This document shows, piece after piece, positions 12,441-23,320 of a stretch of 64,000 nt of DNA. The DNA comes from Macrostomum lignano (Eukaryota), in NCBI GenBank assembly GCA_002269645.1, contig NIVC01001735.1, forward strand, positions 62,001-126,000. Direction: 5' to 3'. The notes below the pieces were generated by a model, which searched no databases, was not told the origin of the DNA, and saw nothing but the letters and a program-made list of their open reading frames with translations. How positions within the stretch are numbered: the stretch's first letter is position 1; each line of letters starts with the position of its first letter. The translations under genes were made by a program, and so were the position numbers.

Positions 12441-14161
12441 TGAGGGGTGTCCAAAAAGTAGTGATACTTTTGCTCGTATAGCTTTATTGTATGCTTGAAA
12501 ATCAGCAAGTTTGGTGTTGTTGGAAAGCGGAACATATCAGCTTTAATTTGACTACAAACATTTAACAAAAACACAACCTATAACAAAGTTATGGATAGAA
12601 ACACACAACAAGGTCGACCATAGAGTTACAATGAATTTGTGCATGGTGCAACAGGTCAAGAAGTTGCAACAGTTAATATGCCTCATCATCATCAGGGAGG
12701 GAAGCTTTCTCGACATAATTGCCCATCAATTGCACGCACTTCTCCCAGCGACAAAACAAGCAATCAATCGCATCTGCGTAGATCTGTCGTGGAATCACAT
12801 GCAAAAGTACTCTGCGGACTTCCTGTTCGAGATGATCACGCTTGGCATGGACATGGCCCCTCAGGTGGCGCTTCAATTGAGGGAAAAGGGCAAAATCCGC
12901 AGGTGCCAGATCTGGCGAATATGGCGGATGAGGCAGAAGGTCAAACTTTAGCTTTTTGATGGCCTCCATTTGGCGGGCAGTATGCGGCCGGGCATTGTCA
13001 TGATGCAAGATGACTGGCTTGACTCCTGAGCGCCGCTTGTTTTGGATGTCTGCCTTCAGGCTTGCAAGGAGAGATGAATAACGGTCTGCGTTGATCGTCG
13101 TTGAAGTCAATGGTAATTGGGCCATTAAAGTCAAAGAAAACTGACAGCATGATTTTCTTACAGTGAGTTTCACGGCAAGCCTTGAGTGGTGGGTCGGAAC
13201 CCTTGAGTGCCCACACTTTAGACTCTTGCTTTATTGACGGGTCAAAATGTCTCATTGCCAGTAACAATCAACTGGCGGAACTGATTCCAGCCACCGCGTT
13301 GACTCACCAGATTCAGGTTGCTTTGGCATGTCTGCTGGCACTGCAGTCGCATATCAGCAGTGAGGAGCTTCGGGACCCAGCAGGCGCTCAGCTTAGCGAA
13401 GTTCATGTTGGTCAGGCAGAGATGGACTGTTGATCGTGGGGTGTCGAGTCTGTCAGCAATCTCACAAATTGTCAATCTGCAGTCTTCTTCCAGAAGATCA
13501 AGAATCCGGTCAGCCAAAGCCTTTGAGCTTGGTGCGGATGGCCTTCCTGACCTTGGCAAGTCAGCCAAATTTTTTCTTCCTGACTCAAATTGCTCGACCC
13601 ATCGGTACACCATCATGCGACTTACTGCTTCGGCTCCATGAATGCTGCACAGATGATGGTAAATCTCCTGTCCACTTTTTCCGATACTCCATAGGGTGTG
13701 AATTGCATGTCGCTGTCCTTCCTTTGAGTGCATGTCCATAACTGTCGGCTGAACAAAATCTGGTCTTGAAAAAGCAACCGCTTGAGAAAGAAGAATGAAG
13801 CAAGCTGGCAGTGCAAAGAAGACTTAGCCATAATTTTACCACAGACAAAACAGCACCACTCGAATGCTTATAAAATGCTCGTAACAGAGAATATTGAGCA
13901 CTCGATATTCTCTGGCTGCTGGATATTCTCCGGCTCGTAAAAACTCAGCAAGATTTACCATACAGTTTTTTTGTAAGTCTATGGGCCATCCTTGCTCAAA
14001 TAGACAGTGATAACTTTCTTTAAAAACAACATACGAGATTGATTTTTCAGTCAAATTAAAGCTGATATTTTCCGCTTTCCAACAACACAAAACTTGCTGA
14101 TTTTCAAGCATGCAGTAAAGCTATACGAGCAAAAGTAACACTACTTTTTGGACACCCCTCA
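12441..14161 (-). mobile_element. Mariner-family DNA transposon with ~113-bp TIRs
   Basis: TIRs 12441-12553 and 14049-14161 (tgaggggtgtccaaaaagtag...) differ at about 5 positions; TA at the right end; internal transposase. Confidence 0.95.
12673..13739 (-). pseudogene. Mariner transposase, two frameshifts, first catalytic Asp changed to Asn
   Basis: WVPKLL, IVTGNETF (normally GDETW), LHHDNARPH and YSPDLAPADF spread over three reading frames. Confidence 0.92.
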
Positions 14162-15215
14162 TATTACTTAATTGAATTATATTCTAATATATTATTCACT
14201 AAGTCACTACAGGCTTTAGTCTACAACAAAATCTAGATACTAAGTATAAAAATCAAAAAATGCTATTTGGATACCAATTGATACTAATCTTTTCATTTGT
14301 AATGAACTTAAGTAAAGAACTTAAGAAATATTTTAATAGAGAGTAGTAAGACTATTTTAATGTCTTATATGATCTCTATTTTGATCACAAAATTAATATT
14401 GTGATATCATTGTTTACCAAAGGCTATTCCTATTATCATTTATTTTCTATCTTATTGTTATTACTTTTTAATACAATTCATTTTTTTCAGAGTAAGAGTC
14501 AGTAATAGAGGGTAATAAAATTAATTTATTATTTAGATTTCAATATATTATAAGCAGTAACCAGTATATAATTATATATAAGTATATAAGTAATAAAATT
14601 AATATATAATGGGTAGTACAAACTGAAAAAATAAAAAGGCTTTAATTATAGGACAATGGACAAGTATGGTCTATGCTTTTGTTTTTTTTATCTTCTAACT
14701 ATTAGGCCTACAAAATGATAAAAATATGCTTATACTTTGTAGATAGTGAATAGTTAAAGCTTTGATTTAAGGGAAAGACATTTTTCTTTATTGGAAATTA
14801 ATTTGGCATCTATTCTATGGTATAAATAGAAACTTAGTAGGGATCCCAAGGGGAATATATATTCAAACTCTAAATTGCACTAGTTATACAACTTAGTTTT
14901 GCAACTTGGCCAAAAACAATATTAAAAATGTCATTTTTATCAGAACTAATCTAATTATGCTAATTTTACAACTAAAATTTGGTTTGCCACAAATTTTGCT
15001 AGCTAGGCCTATATTGGCTTGGTAAGCCAGCAGTTGCACATGTACACTTGTATGCTCAGGGGGATTAGCCTATATTTTGCCAAGTTTCTTAGTACTACAT
15101 AGATAGTGCAGTAGTGGTTATATCATATAGATATCATTAAGTTATATTGAGCTACATTAAGTCATAAAAACAACAAAATGTACTGCCTTAATGTCAAGGA
15201 GACAAAACAGTCACA

Positions 15216-18200
15216 ATGGCTACATACCACGATGCCACCAATCTGATTGCACTTTTGCACTCTTCTGATATTCAAACTGTTCGGGAGACTGAATCGTTCT
15301 TGCGGGAGCATCTGCAGATTGGTAATTGTTCCTTTCAATTAACACAATGCTTTAATTTTGTTTATGTGACCTGATTCTTAAGTCACTTACTTGCTAATTA
15401 AAATTGAAGGCAAAGACAGCAGCGGCCTCGTGTGCGCTCTAGTTGACGACTACATTGTAGCTCAGGACGAGTGCACACTGTCCCTGCTAGGATTGGTCGA
15501 AGATCCTCTGGATAAGGTTTGCTGATGTGACTGCTTTCTGTGTTATTTTCAGTATGCTAATGTATGGAAAAGTTATAATCAAAGTTCATAGCTTTGGGTT
15601 AATTATAGTTTTACAGGAGATTGCTTACTGACGAGTAGAGGATTGATTGATTGTTAAGCAAATCTTTTGAAAATCTTGAGACCTTGATTAAGGCAGATGG
15701 AGGCTACTTGGCTTATTTAATTTAGCTGAAGCCTTCAACGTCTCCCAATCCCCGCTGAAGGGACCCAATCTCAAGGTGGCCCAAGCACTGACTCCTGGAG
15801 GACCCATGTCTGTTCCAGTGACATAATCTGACACCCCGTTTAACAGCAATTTCCATCAAGACCTGCTCCCTATCTAACTACTAACATTTCCCTAGGGCTA
15901 CTACTACTACTAAACTACTAATAGTAGCGTAAAAGCAAAAAAACTGCTGTCATCACAATTTCTATAGTTTGCGATTACAATTGGGTTTGTGAGTCTGTAA
16001 GGTTCAAGACCAAATGAGAAAGATTAATAACTCAAAAGCCTTATGAGTAAGTTTAAAAATGAGGTCTTAAGGAATTGCTATTCCTGCTGGTAATTGTGCA
16101 GTTACTGTATTACCAAACACGCATGCCGAAACCTCTACAGGACTTGTCCGACCGCATAGCCGAACACCTGAGAGCGGACTCCTCTCGAGTGCACGCTATG
16201 AACCTCCTTGGCCGACTAGTTCAACGCCAGCCTCTCTGGCTGTCCTCGATCTTCTCTAACGGACTGTTCCAGACTCTGCTTCGATTGCTATTAAAATGCG
16301 ATCCGCCAGCCGATCTGCCGTTTGCTATCAGCGGCGGCCTCCTGCTGTGCACCTTGGTGCCTCTGTCGGCCGGCTGCCTCACGCCGCACCTGTCCGACAT
16401 CTGCAGCCTGCTGGTCCGCATGGCGGCCGCCGCTAGCAGGCGCTCCGTTGATCCGCCACCATCGCCGTCGACTGCAGCGCCGCCAACGTCAGTCGCAGTT
16501 ACCGCGGCTTCAACTGATGATTTGCCGCTGCTGCACCTGCACGCAACCGTGTACGCCCTGTTCAACCGGCTGTACGCCATCTTCCCCAACTACCTGTTGG
16601 ATTACCTGCGCTCCCAGTTGAAACGAAATAGTCGCGAATTCGCTCCGCTATTTAATTCGATATTCCGCGATTTACTGAGCCGAGTCAGAGCTCACCCGCT
16701 GCTGGTGGCCGGCACTAAAGACGCCGAACTGCAGGCGCAGCGCTGGCGTCGGGTGACCTCGGCTGACCTCATGCTGGAGTGCGGCCGCTACTGCCTGGAC
16801 CTGGTCGAGACCACAGCTGGCGAGGCCGGCATTCAACTGGCGGCTACGTGCAGGCAGTTGGAGCAGCAACAGCAGCAGGCGGTTAGCGAGGAGGCTCGCG
16901 ACCTGCTGGCCTCATCTCAGTTGGGGCAAAGCCAGTCGCATCAGCTGCAGACTTCCGGTGCCGATGCCGGAGTGGATTCCAATGCCGCTGCCGCTCCGGC
17001 AACTGCTGCGGCTGATGCTGACGCTCAGGATGAGCTGATGCTGCAACAGGTGAGTGCAATTCTGTAGTTCTCCCACTGGACCCAAGTTTTCCCACTAAGA
17101 TTCTCTTGCCGAGAATTCAGTGCCAGGATTTGGCGATTCGCACAGCGAGGGCTCGGAAATCCAGGTCATACGAGTGTTAGGACGGATGCCCTAAAATCTA
17201 TTTAAAAAATTGTAGCCACTGCACTGCTACACACTTTAGGCATGTGCATGTACATCACATTGTGTCGCCTCAGAAGCGTCTGGGAGTGGTTTCAGAGTCG
17301 TAGGCAATAAAACACCTCAAATTGACTCTTAGGCGACTCTTCGACGACTTTTTGGCGACTCGTACCGTGACATCTCGTCATTTTAGAGTCGTGTAGAGTT
17401 GCTTCGGTCCTATTTTACCTGTGTTACCTTCAACGACTCTGAAACCACTTTGGGGCGACGCAAGTGACTTCGGGACGCTTCTTACCTTTTTATCATATAG
17501 GGAAAAATAGAAAGGCGCAGTGAATTTAGGGGCGCTAAAAAATCCCCATAAATCGTAGCAACAAGTATTGTTACGGAAATCAAGGAAATCCCCAAAATCC
17601 CGCCTATAAATCAGGGAAATCCCAAATATCCCGCCTATAAATCAGGGAAATCCAAAATATACCGCCTATAAATCAGGGAAATCCCAAATATCCCGCCTAT
17701 AAATCAGGGAAATCCCAAATATCCCGCCTATAAATCAGGGAAATCCTAAATATACCGACTATAAATCAGGGAAATCCCCAATATACCGCCTTTAAATCAG
17801 GGAAATCCCAAATATCCCGCCTATAAATCAGGGAAATCCCAAATATCCCGCCTATAAATCAGGGAAATCCCAAATAAACCGCCTATAAATCAGGGAAATC
17901 CCAAATATACCGCCTATAAATCAGGGAAATCCCAAATATCCCGCCTATAAATCAGGGAAATCCCAAATATCCCGCCTAAAAATCAGGGAATTCCCAAATA
18001 TCCCGCCTAAAAATCCCGATAAATCAAGGAAATCCCCAATATCCCGCCTACAAATCCCTAAAATCAAGAAAGCCCTCATTATGTCGCTCGTGCCCCATCT
18101 CCCACACTGCTCAGGTGCTCCCAGAGGACGGCACATTTCCATCCAAGGAGTCGTTCCTGTGCTCCAGTCTGGTCCGCCGGGTGCGCACCCGCCTGTACAC

Positions 18201-20982
18201 GCACCAGCCAGGCTCCGCCGATCCCTACTCAGCTGAGCTGGCTGTGTCTCCCATTGTGTCAGCTTCCGCCTCGTCAGCTGGCGGCCAACTCTGGCTTCGT
18301 CAGTTGCAGCAGCAGCAGCAGTCGCTGGCGCATCGGCATCGAAAGCTGCCGCTGCCAGGCCAAAGGAGGCGCTCCTTGAGCTCTCCCGCTCTGCTAGACG
18401 TGGAGCTGGCATCGCAGGAGCAGCAAAATCATCATCAGCAGCAGCAGCAGCGGCAGATTCGATTTAGTGGTAAAGAGAACAAAAAAGCAGCTGCTGACGT
18501 GGACGATGGGAGAGCGCAGCCTTCTAATAAATCCAATGAAAGCGACAGAGCAACGGAGCAGGTGCAGAACTTTTTTTGCAGGATATTTTTTAAACACAGC
18601 GAATTCCTTTCTCAGCCTCTGGCTAATCTCCTCAAGGATCTGTATAAAAAATCTCACTGAGAATCTCCACCCACCAATACCCCGAATCTCACGCACCAAT
18701 ACCCAGATAATCTCACCCAACCTGCACCCAGAGAATCTCACCCAGCCAGCACCCAGAGAATCTCACCCAGCCAGCACCCAGAGAATCTCACCCAGCCAGC
18801 ACCCAGAGAATCTCACCCAACCAGCACCCAGAGAATCTCACCCAACCCGCACCCAGAGAATCTCACCCAGCCAGCACCCAGAGAATCTCACCCAGCCAGG
18901 ACCCAGAGAATCTCACCCAACCAGCACCCAGAGAATCTCACCCAGCCAGCACCCAGAGAATCTCACCCAGCCAGCACCCAGAGAATCTCACCCAACCAGC
19001 ACCCAGAGAATCTCACCCAACCAGCACCCAGAGAATCTCACCCAACCCGCACCCAGAGAATCTCACCCAACCAGCACCCAGAGAATCTCACCCAACCTGC
19101 GCCCAAGTCAGCACAGCCAGGTCTTGGACACAGCTCACTCAGCTGCCCCATCCAAATTCAGTCAACAGACTGCGGCGCCAGCAGCAACGGCCTGCAGCTC
19201 CGGCCGCCCCCAGCGGTGCTCAGCCGGGACAGCCAGTCGTACGCCGAGCTGTTCCTGTCCGCCCTGCCCATGTTCCCCTTGGCCAAGTGTCCGGAGTGCG
19301 GCCACGTGTCCGCCGGGCCGCACTTGTACTGCCAGCCGGCGGCCGCCTGCAGTCAGCCGCTGCCGCAGTGCCTCAGCCTGGCTCCAGCCGATCTCCTTGA
19401 CGCCGCCGTCATCTGCTCGGCCGAGCTGCATCAATTATTTCTTGAGCAGCGGCAGATAAAGCAGAATACTGGTAAAGCCGCTGAGCCAAGCAACTTGGAG
19501 CAGCAACTGCGCGCCCAGCTGCTGCAATCCCGCTGTCTGCTGATGTACGAGCGCCACCGCCGGGAGCTGCACGCCCAGCGGAACCGCCGCCTCCTGGCCC
19601 GCCTGGTCCGGCTGCGCAGTCTGGAGGCCGAAGCCGAGGACGCCAGGCGTCTCGGCAGGTCGAAAATTCTTCAACGAGTCGACGAACTTGAGAGCTGCCT
19701 GTTGAACGAGCGCGCCGAGTGGCAGCGGGAGCGAGCCGAACTGCTCGAACAGGCCGAGTCCGCCCGCCGACTCGCCGACGAACGGGCGCGAGAAGCGGCG
19801 GCCTCAAAGGACAAGGCCCGCTCGGCTGCCGACCTCTGCCAGGACCTGCGCCGCCTGCTTGAGGAAGAGCGGAATCAGCGGATGCGAGCTCAGGCCCGGC
19901 TGGAGAATGCGGAGTTGGAACTGCTGGCCTGCAAGTCTGATGGAGAGGTTCGGCCCTTTGCTATTGGCTATCACCTGCGATTGCCCCCTTCACCAACCCT
20001 GATTGCCCCCTTCACCAACCCCGATTGCCCCCTTCACCAACCCCGATTGCCGCCTTCACCAACCCCGATTGCCCCCTTCACCAACCCTGATTGCCCCCTT
20101 CACCAACCCTGATTGCCCCCTTCACCAACCCCGATTGCCCCCTTCACCAACCCCAATTGCCCCCTTCACCAACCCCGATTGCCCCCTTCACCAACCCCGA
20201 TTGCCCCCTTCACCAACCATAATTGCCCCAATCACCAACCCCAATTGCCCCAATCACCAACCCCAATTATCCCAATCAACAACCTCAATCACCAACCCCA
20301 ATTGTCCCCTTCACCAACCCCAATTGCCCCAATCACCAACCCCAATTATCCCAATCACCAACCTCAATCACCAACCCAATTGCCCCAATCACCAACCCCA
20401 ATTATCCCAATCACCAACCTCAATCACCAACCCCAATTGTCCCCTTCACCAATCTCAATCACCAACCCCAATCGCCTACCCGTCACCCAACTAATCTCCA
20501 TCACCCGGATCTGCCGCCACTCACAGACGGCCCAGGCCGCCGGCCGCCAGCTGCAGGAGGCGCAGCGCAGGCTGCTTGTCCTCGGCGACCTCCTCGCCAA
20601 GTCGGAGACCAGCCTGCGTCAGCGAGATGCCCAACTTGACGAGCTTCGATTTCTTCGCTTGCACGCCGAACGACTTGAAAAGCGTTCAATTACTATGGAA
20701 ACGGAGCTAGATCAGCTTCATCAATTATTAGGCTCCAATCCTAGGTCACCGGACCCGCAGCGTCTTGTCGACGACAGTTTAACGCAGCAGGCAGCAATCG
20801 CGACCGCCGACGCTACAGAGGAGTTGGCTCAGCTGAGGCGGGAGAACGCCGAGCTGAAGCGGAGGCTGGCCCAGCGGGACCTTGACGCCGACTTGCTGGC
20901 GGTCAGTCGCATCGCCGGGCCGGCCGCCTCTGACTGCAGCTGCTGCCCCTTGGTGCGCATGACCAACTCGCTGACTGGCTAG
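15216..20982 (+). CDS. TSC1: Hamartin (TSC1); exons 15216-15321, 15410-15516, 16141-17049, 18115-18561, 19162-19947, 20527-20982
   Basis: LHLHATVYALFNRLYAIFP, VRAHPLLVAGTKDAEL..RWRR and LLMYERHRRELHAQRNRRLL match hamartin. All junctions are GT-AG and phase-consistent. The exon 4 donor and the 3' end are less certain. Confidence 0.93.
17590..18060. repeat. 31-bp minisatellite (aaatcagggaaatcccaaatatcccgcctat)n in TSC1 intron 3
   Basis: About 13 tandem units. Confidence 0.95.
18655..19100. repeat. 25-bp minisatellite (ccagcacccagagaatctcacccaR)n in TSC1 intron 4
   Basis: Tandem units seen directly. Confidence 0.95.
19975..20500. repeat. 22-bp minisatellite (cccgattgcccccttcaccaac)n, decaying rightwards, in TSC1 intron 5
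   Basis: Tandem units seen directly. Confidence 0.92.
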
Positions 20983-21240
20983 CTCAGGATCACATGTGAT
21001 TTGACAGAATCGCTCAGGATCACATGTGATTTGACAGAATCGCTCAGGATCACATGTGATTTGACAGAATCGCTCAGGATCACGTGTGATTTGACAGAAT
21101 CGCTCAGGATCACATGTGATTTGACAGAATCGCTCAGGATCACATGTGATTTGACAGAATCGCTCAGGATCACATGTGATTTGACAGAATCGCTCAGGTT
21201 CACATGTGATTTGACAGAATCGCTCAGGATCACGTGTGAG
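20983..21240. repeat. 30-bp minisatellite (gctcaggatcacatgtgatttgacagaatc)n starting at the TSC1 stop codon
   Basis: About 8.5 near-identical units. Confidence 0.95.
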
Positions 21241-22152
21241 TCCTGTAATTTCCTTGCAAATAACCTGTGCCTTTTCTTCTCCGGTTGTCTCTAATTGTCT
21301 TTCCAAACAGCTCCATACATCGTTTGAACTGGTCATAAAATTCATACTGACTACTCCCTCTTCTACTACTGTTAGTAGGTAGCTTCGATTTCTGTTAGTG
21401 CACAAAACCTATGCTTAGCTTGAATTTGCATGAAGGCATAACGTGTGCTTTTCTAAACACGAAATTCGTTGGTTATCAGCATCCTAAATAAGTAATTTCC
21501 CAGTCTGACTTATTATGCTATATTGATTTGCATTGTAGTAACTTTCATTGTTACTAATACATTTATTTATTTATTATTATTGCCGTCTACATTCCTTACA
21601 TCTGGTATTCTTAATATGTATGATTTATTCATTCTTGAACAGATTGTAAATAAATAATAATCTATGACTATTTTATTATATATGCCGCACTGTCATTCAT
21701 TTAGATCCATTCTATTTTCTTGAAAGAAACTGTTTTTATTTTTTGTTATTTTTATCGGAATTTTCTACTTACAGTAGGACTATTTAGAAAATTAACATAT
21801 AAAATTCTTCACTTGAAAGTCGGAGGCTGGAGCAAATCTAGTTAAAAACAAGGAAATAGTCTTTGTTTAGCATAGAACGATGGAAGCAAAGGTTAATATT
21901 AAAAAAATCAAAGCAAAACTTTGTATTCGTCTATTGACGTTGACGAATATAATTGTAATACGGCAATTCGTGGACTTGCATGATCTTCAAATCACTCTAG
22001 AACCTGATTATGATTTACTACACACATTTTGTACAGCTATTCATTCAGTTTTGGCTGAAATACAATTACAAGACAGCAAGATTCGTTCAAGTGGCTATGT
22101 GGGCTATGTTAAATCAGGTTTATTTATGTCGTTGAGCGCCTCATAGTACGAC

Positions 22153-22224
22153 GGCCAAGTGGTCTAGGGGTATGATTCTCGCTTCGGGTGCGAGAGGTCC
22201 CGGGTTCGAATCCCGGCTTGGCCC
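22153..22224 (+). tRNA. tRNA-Pro(CGG): tRNA-Pro, anticodon CGG
   Basis: Acceptor stem GGCCAAG/CTTGGCC; anticodon arm CTCGC-TTCGGGT-GCGAG; T arm CCGGG-TTCGAAT-CCCGG; body matches eukaryotic tRNA-Pro. Confidence 0.97.
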
Positions 22225-22229
22225 CCATC

Positions 22230-22235
22230 TTTTTT
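22230..22235 (+). terminator. Pol III terminator (T6) after tRNA-Pro
   Basis: TTTTTT begins 6 nt after the discriminator base. Confidence 0.8.
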
Positions 22236-23320
22236 CTGATCCTCAACTTCACTTACTTTAGAAACTCGCTGAGTACTTTTACCTATCTTAGGCCGTATAA
22301 TATTTTACAACTCCTTAAGTTAGTTAATTTGCAATGTACATTGTCTTTATTTATTTAATTTTTTTTCGAATCGTACCAAAAATTAATTTATTTAGCTAAT
22401 CAACAAACTGGTTGCGTCTTTTTGAAAATAATAATGGTTTGCTTTCAATTACAGAAAATATTAAATTAGACTTTATAATCATATTGATTTAGTTATAAAT
22501 TGTATCGAAACATCCCCGATATGTATCGAAAAATTCATTTTTGGGTTAATCAATTTATATTATTTAATTTTTAAAAATAATTTCGAAATTACGACTTTTA
22601 ATTGATTAAAATCCAAAACTCTATCCTGTTAATGGTCGTGATACTCAAACCATTCTAAAACCATATTTAAACATTACATACCATGTTTTAGGTTAGGCAC
22701 TGACTTTATTTTAGAGTAATTTTAGGTTGAAGCCGAAATATTTTAAACTACTTACAGTAGTTGAACTACTTCATCTGAAATTTTCAAAACTGCCATTAAA
22801 TTACAGACATAAAATCATGGGAAATCAAGAGTAAGGTAAATGCTACAAAAATCAATGTACAAAACTCAATTAATGTACACTTACCATTAAAGCAATGGAA
22901 GTGAAACGAGTGTGAATGCATGGTCCTGATCAAGCCCTTTCAACGCGTATAATGGTAATAATTTAGCCACACTGGAAGCCACCCTTTTTTAATACACAAA
23001 CAGTACTGTGTCGCTTATGCCCCCGTTGAGCCGCCACTGCCCCCTTATACACGTACGTATCACTTTGCTACGAGTACTATTTTTTCAAAATAGTATCGAT
23101 TTTTTACTTTACGTTTATTGCCTACTCGCGCGGGCAAGTGCAAGCATACTTTGCCCAGCCCAACCGCAAGCCACACGGCAATTCACTCTGTTTTTCTAAT
23201 TATTAAAAGTGTGTGCCATTTTCAAATGAAGAATAACACACACGCACACGCTTAAAAGCTTAAAGTTGTCGACTCCTACAAAGATAAAACTCCTTAAAGC
23301 TGTCAGACAAATGTTCGATA

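Noticed and set aside
17210-17480. Partial inverted repeat agtggtttcagagtcgt / acgactctgaaaccact in TSC1 intron 3
   Set aside because: Probably an old MITE remnant; ends and TSD could not be defined
18467-20639. Long Pro/Gln/His-rich ORFs overlapping TSC1
   Set aside because: They run through intronic minisatellites; the splice model removes them and keeps hamartin homology
21880-22146. 88-aa ORF just before tRNA-Pro
   Set aside because: AT-rich, no domain, no splice support
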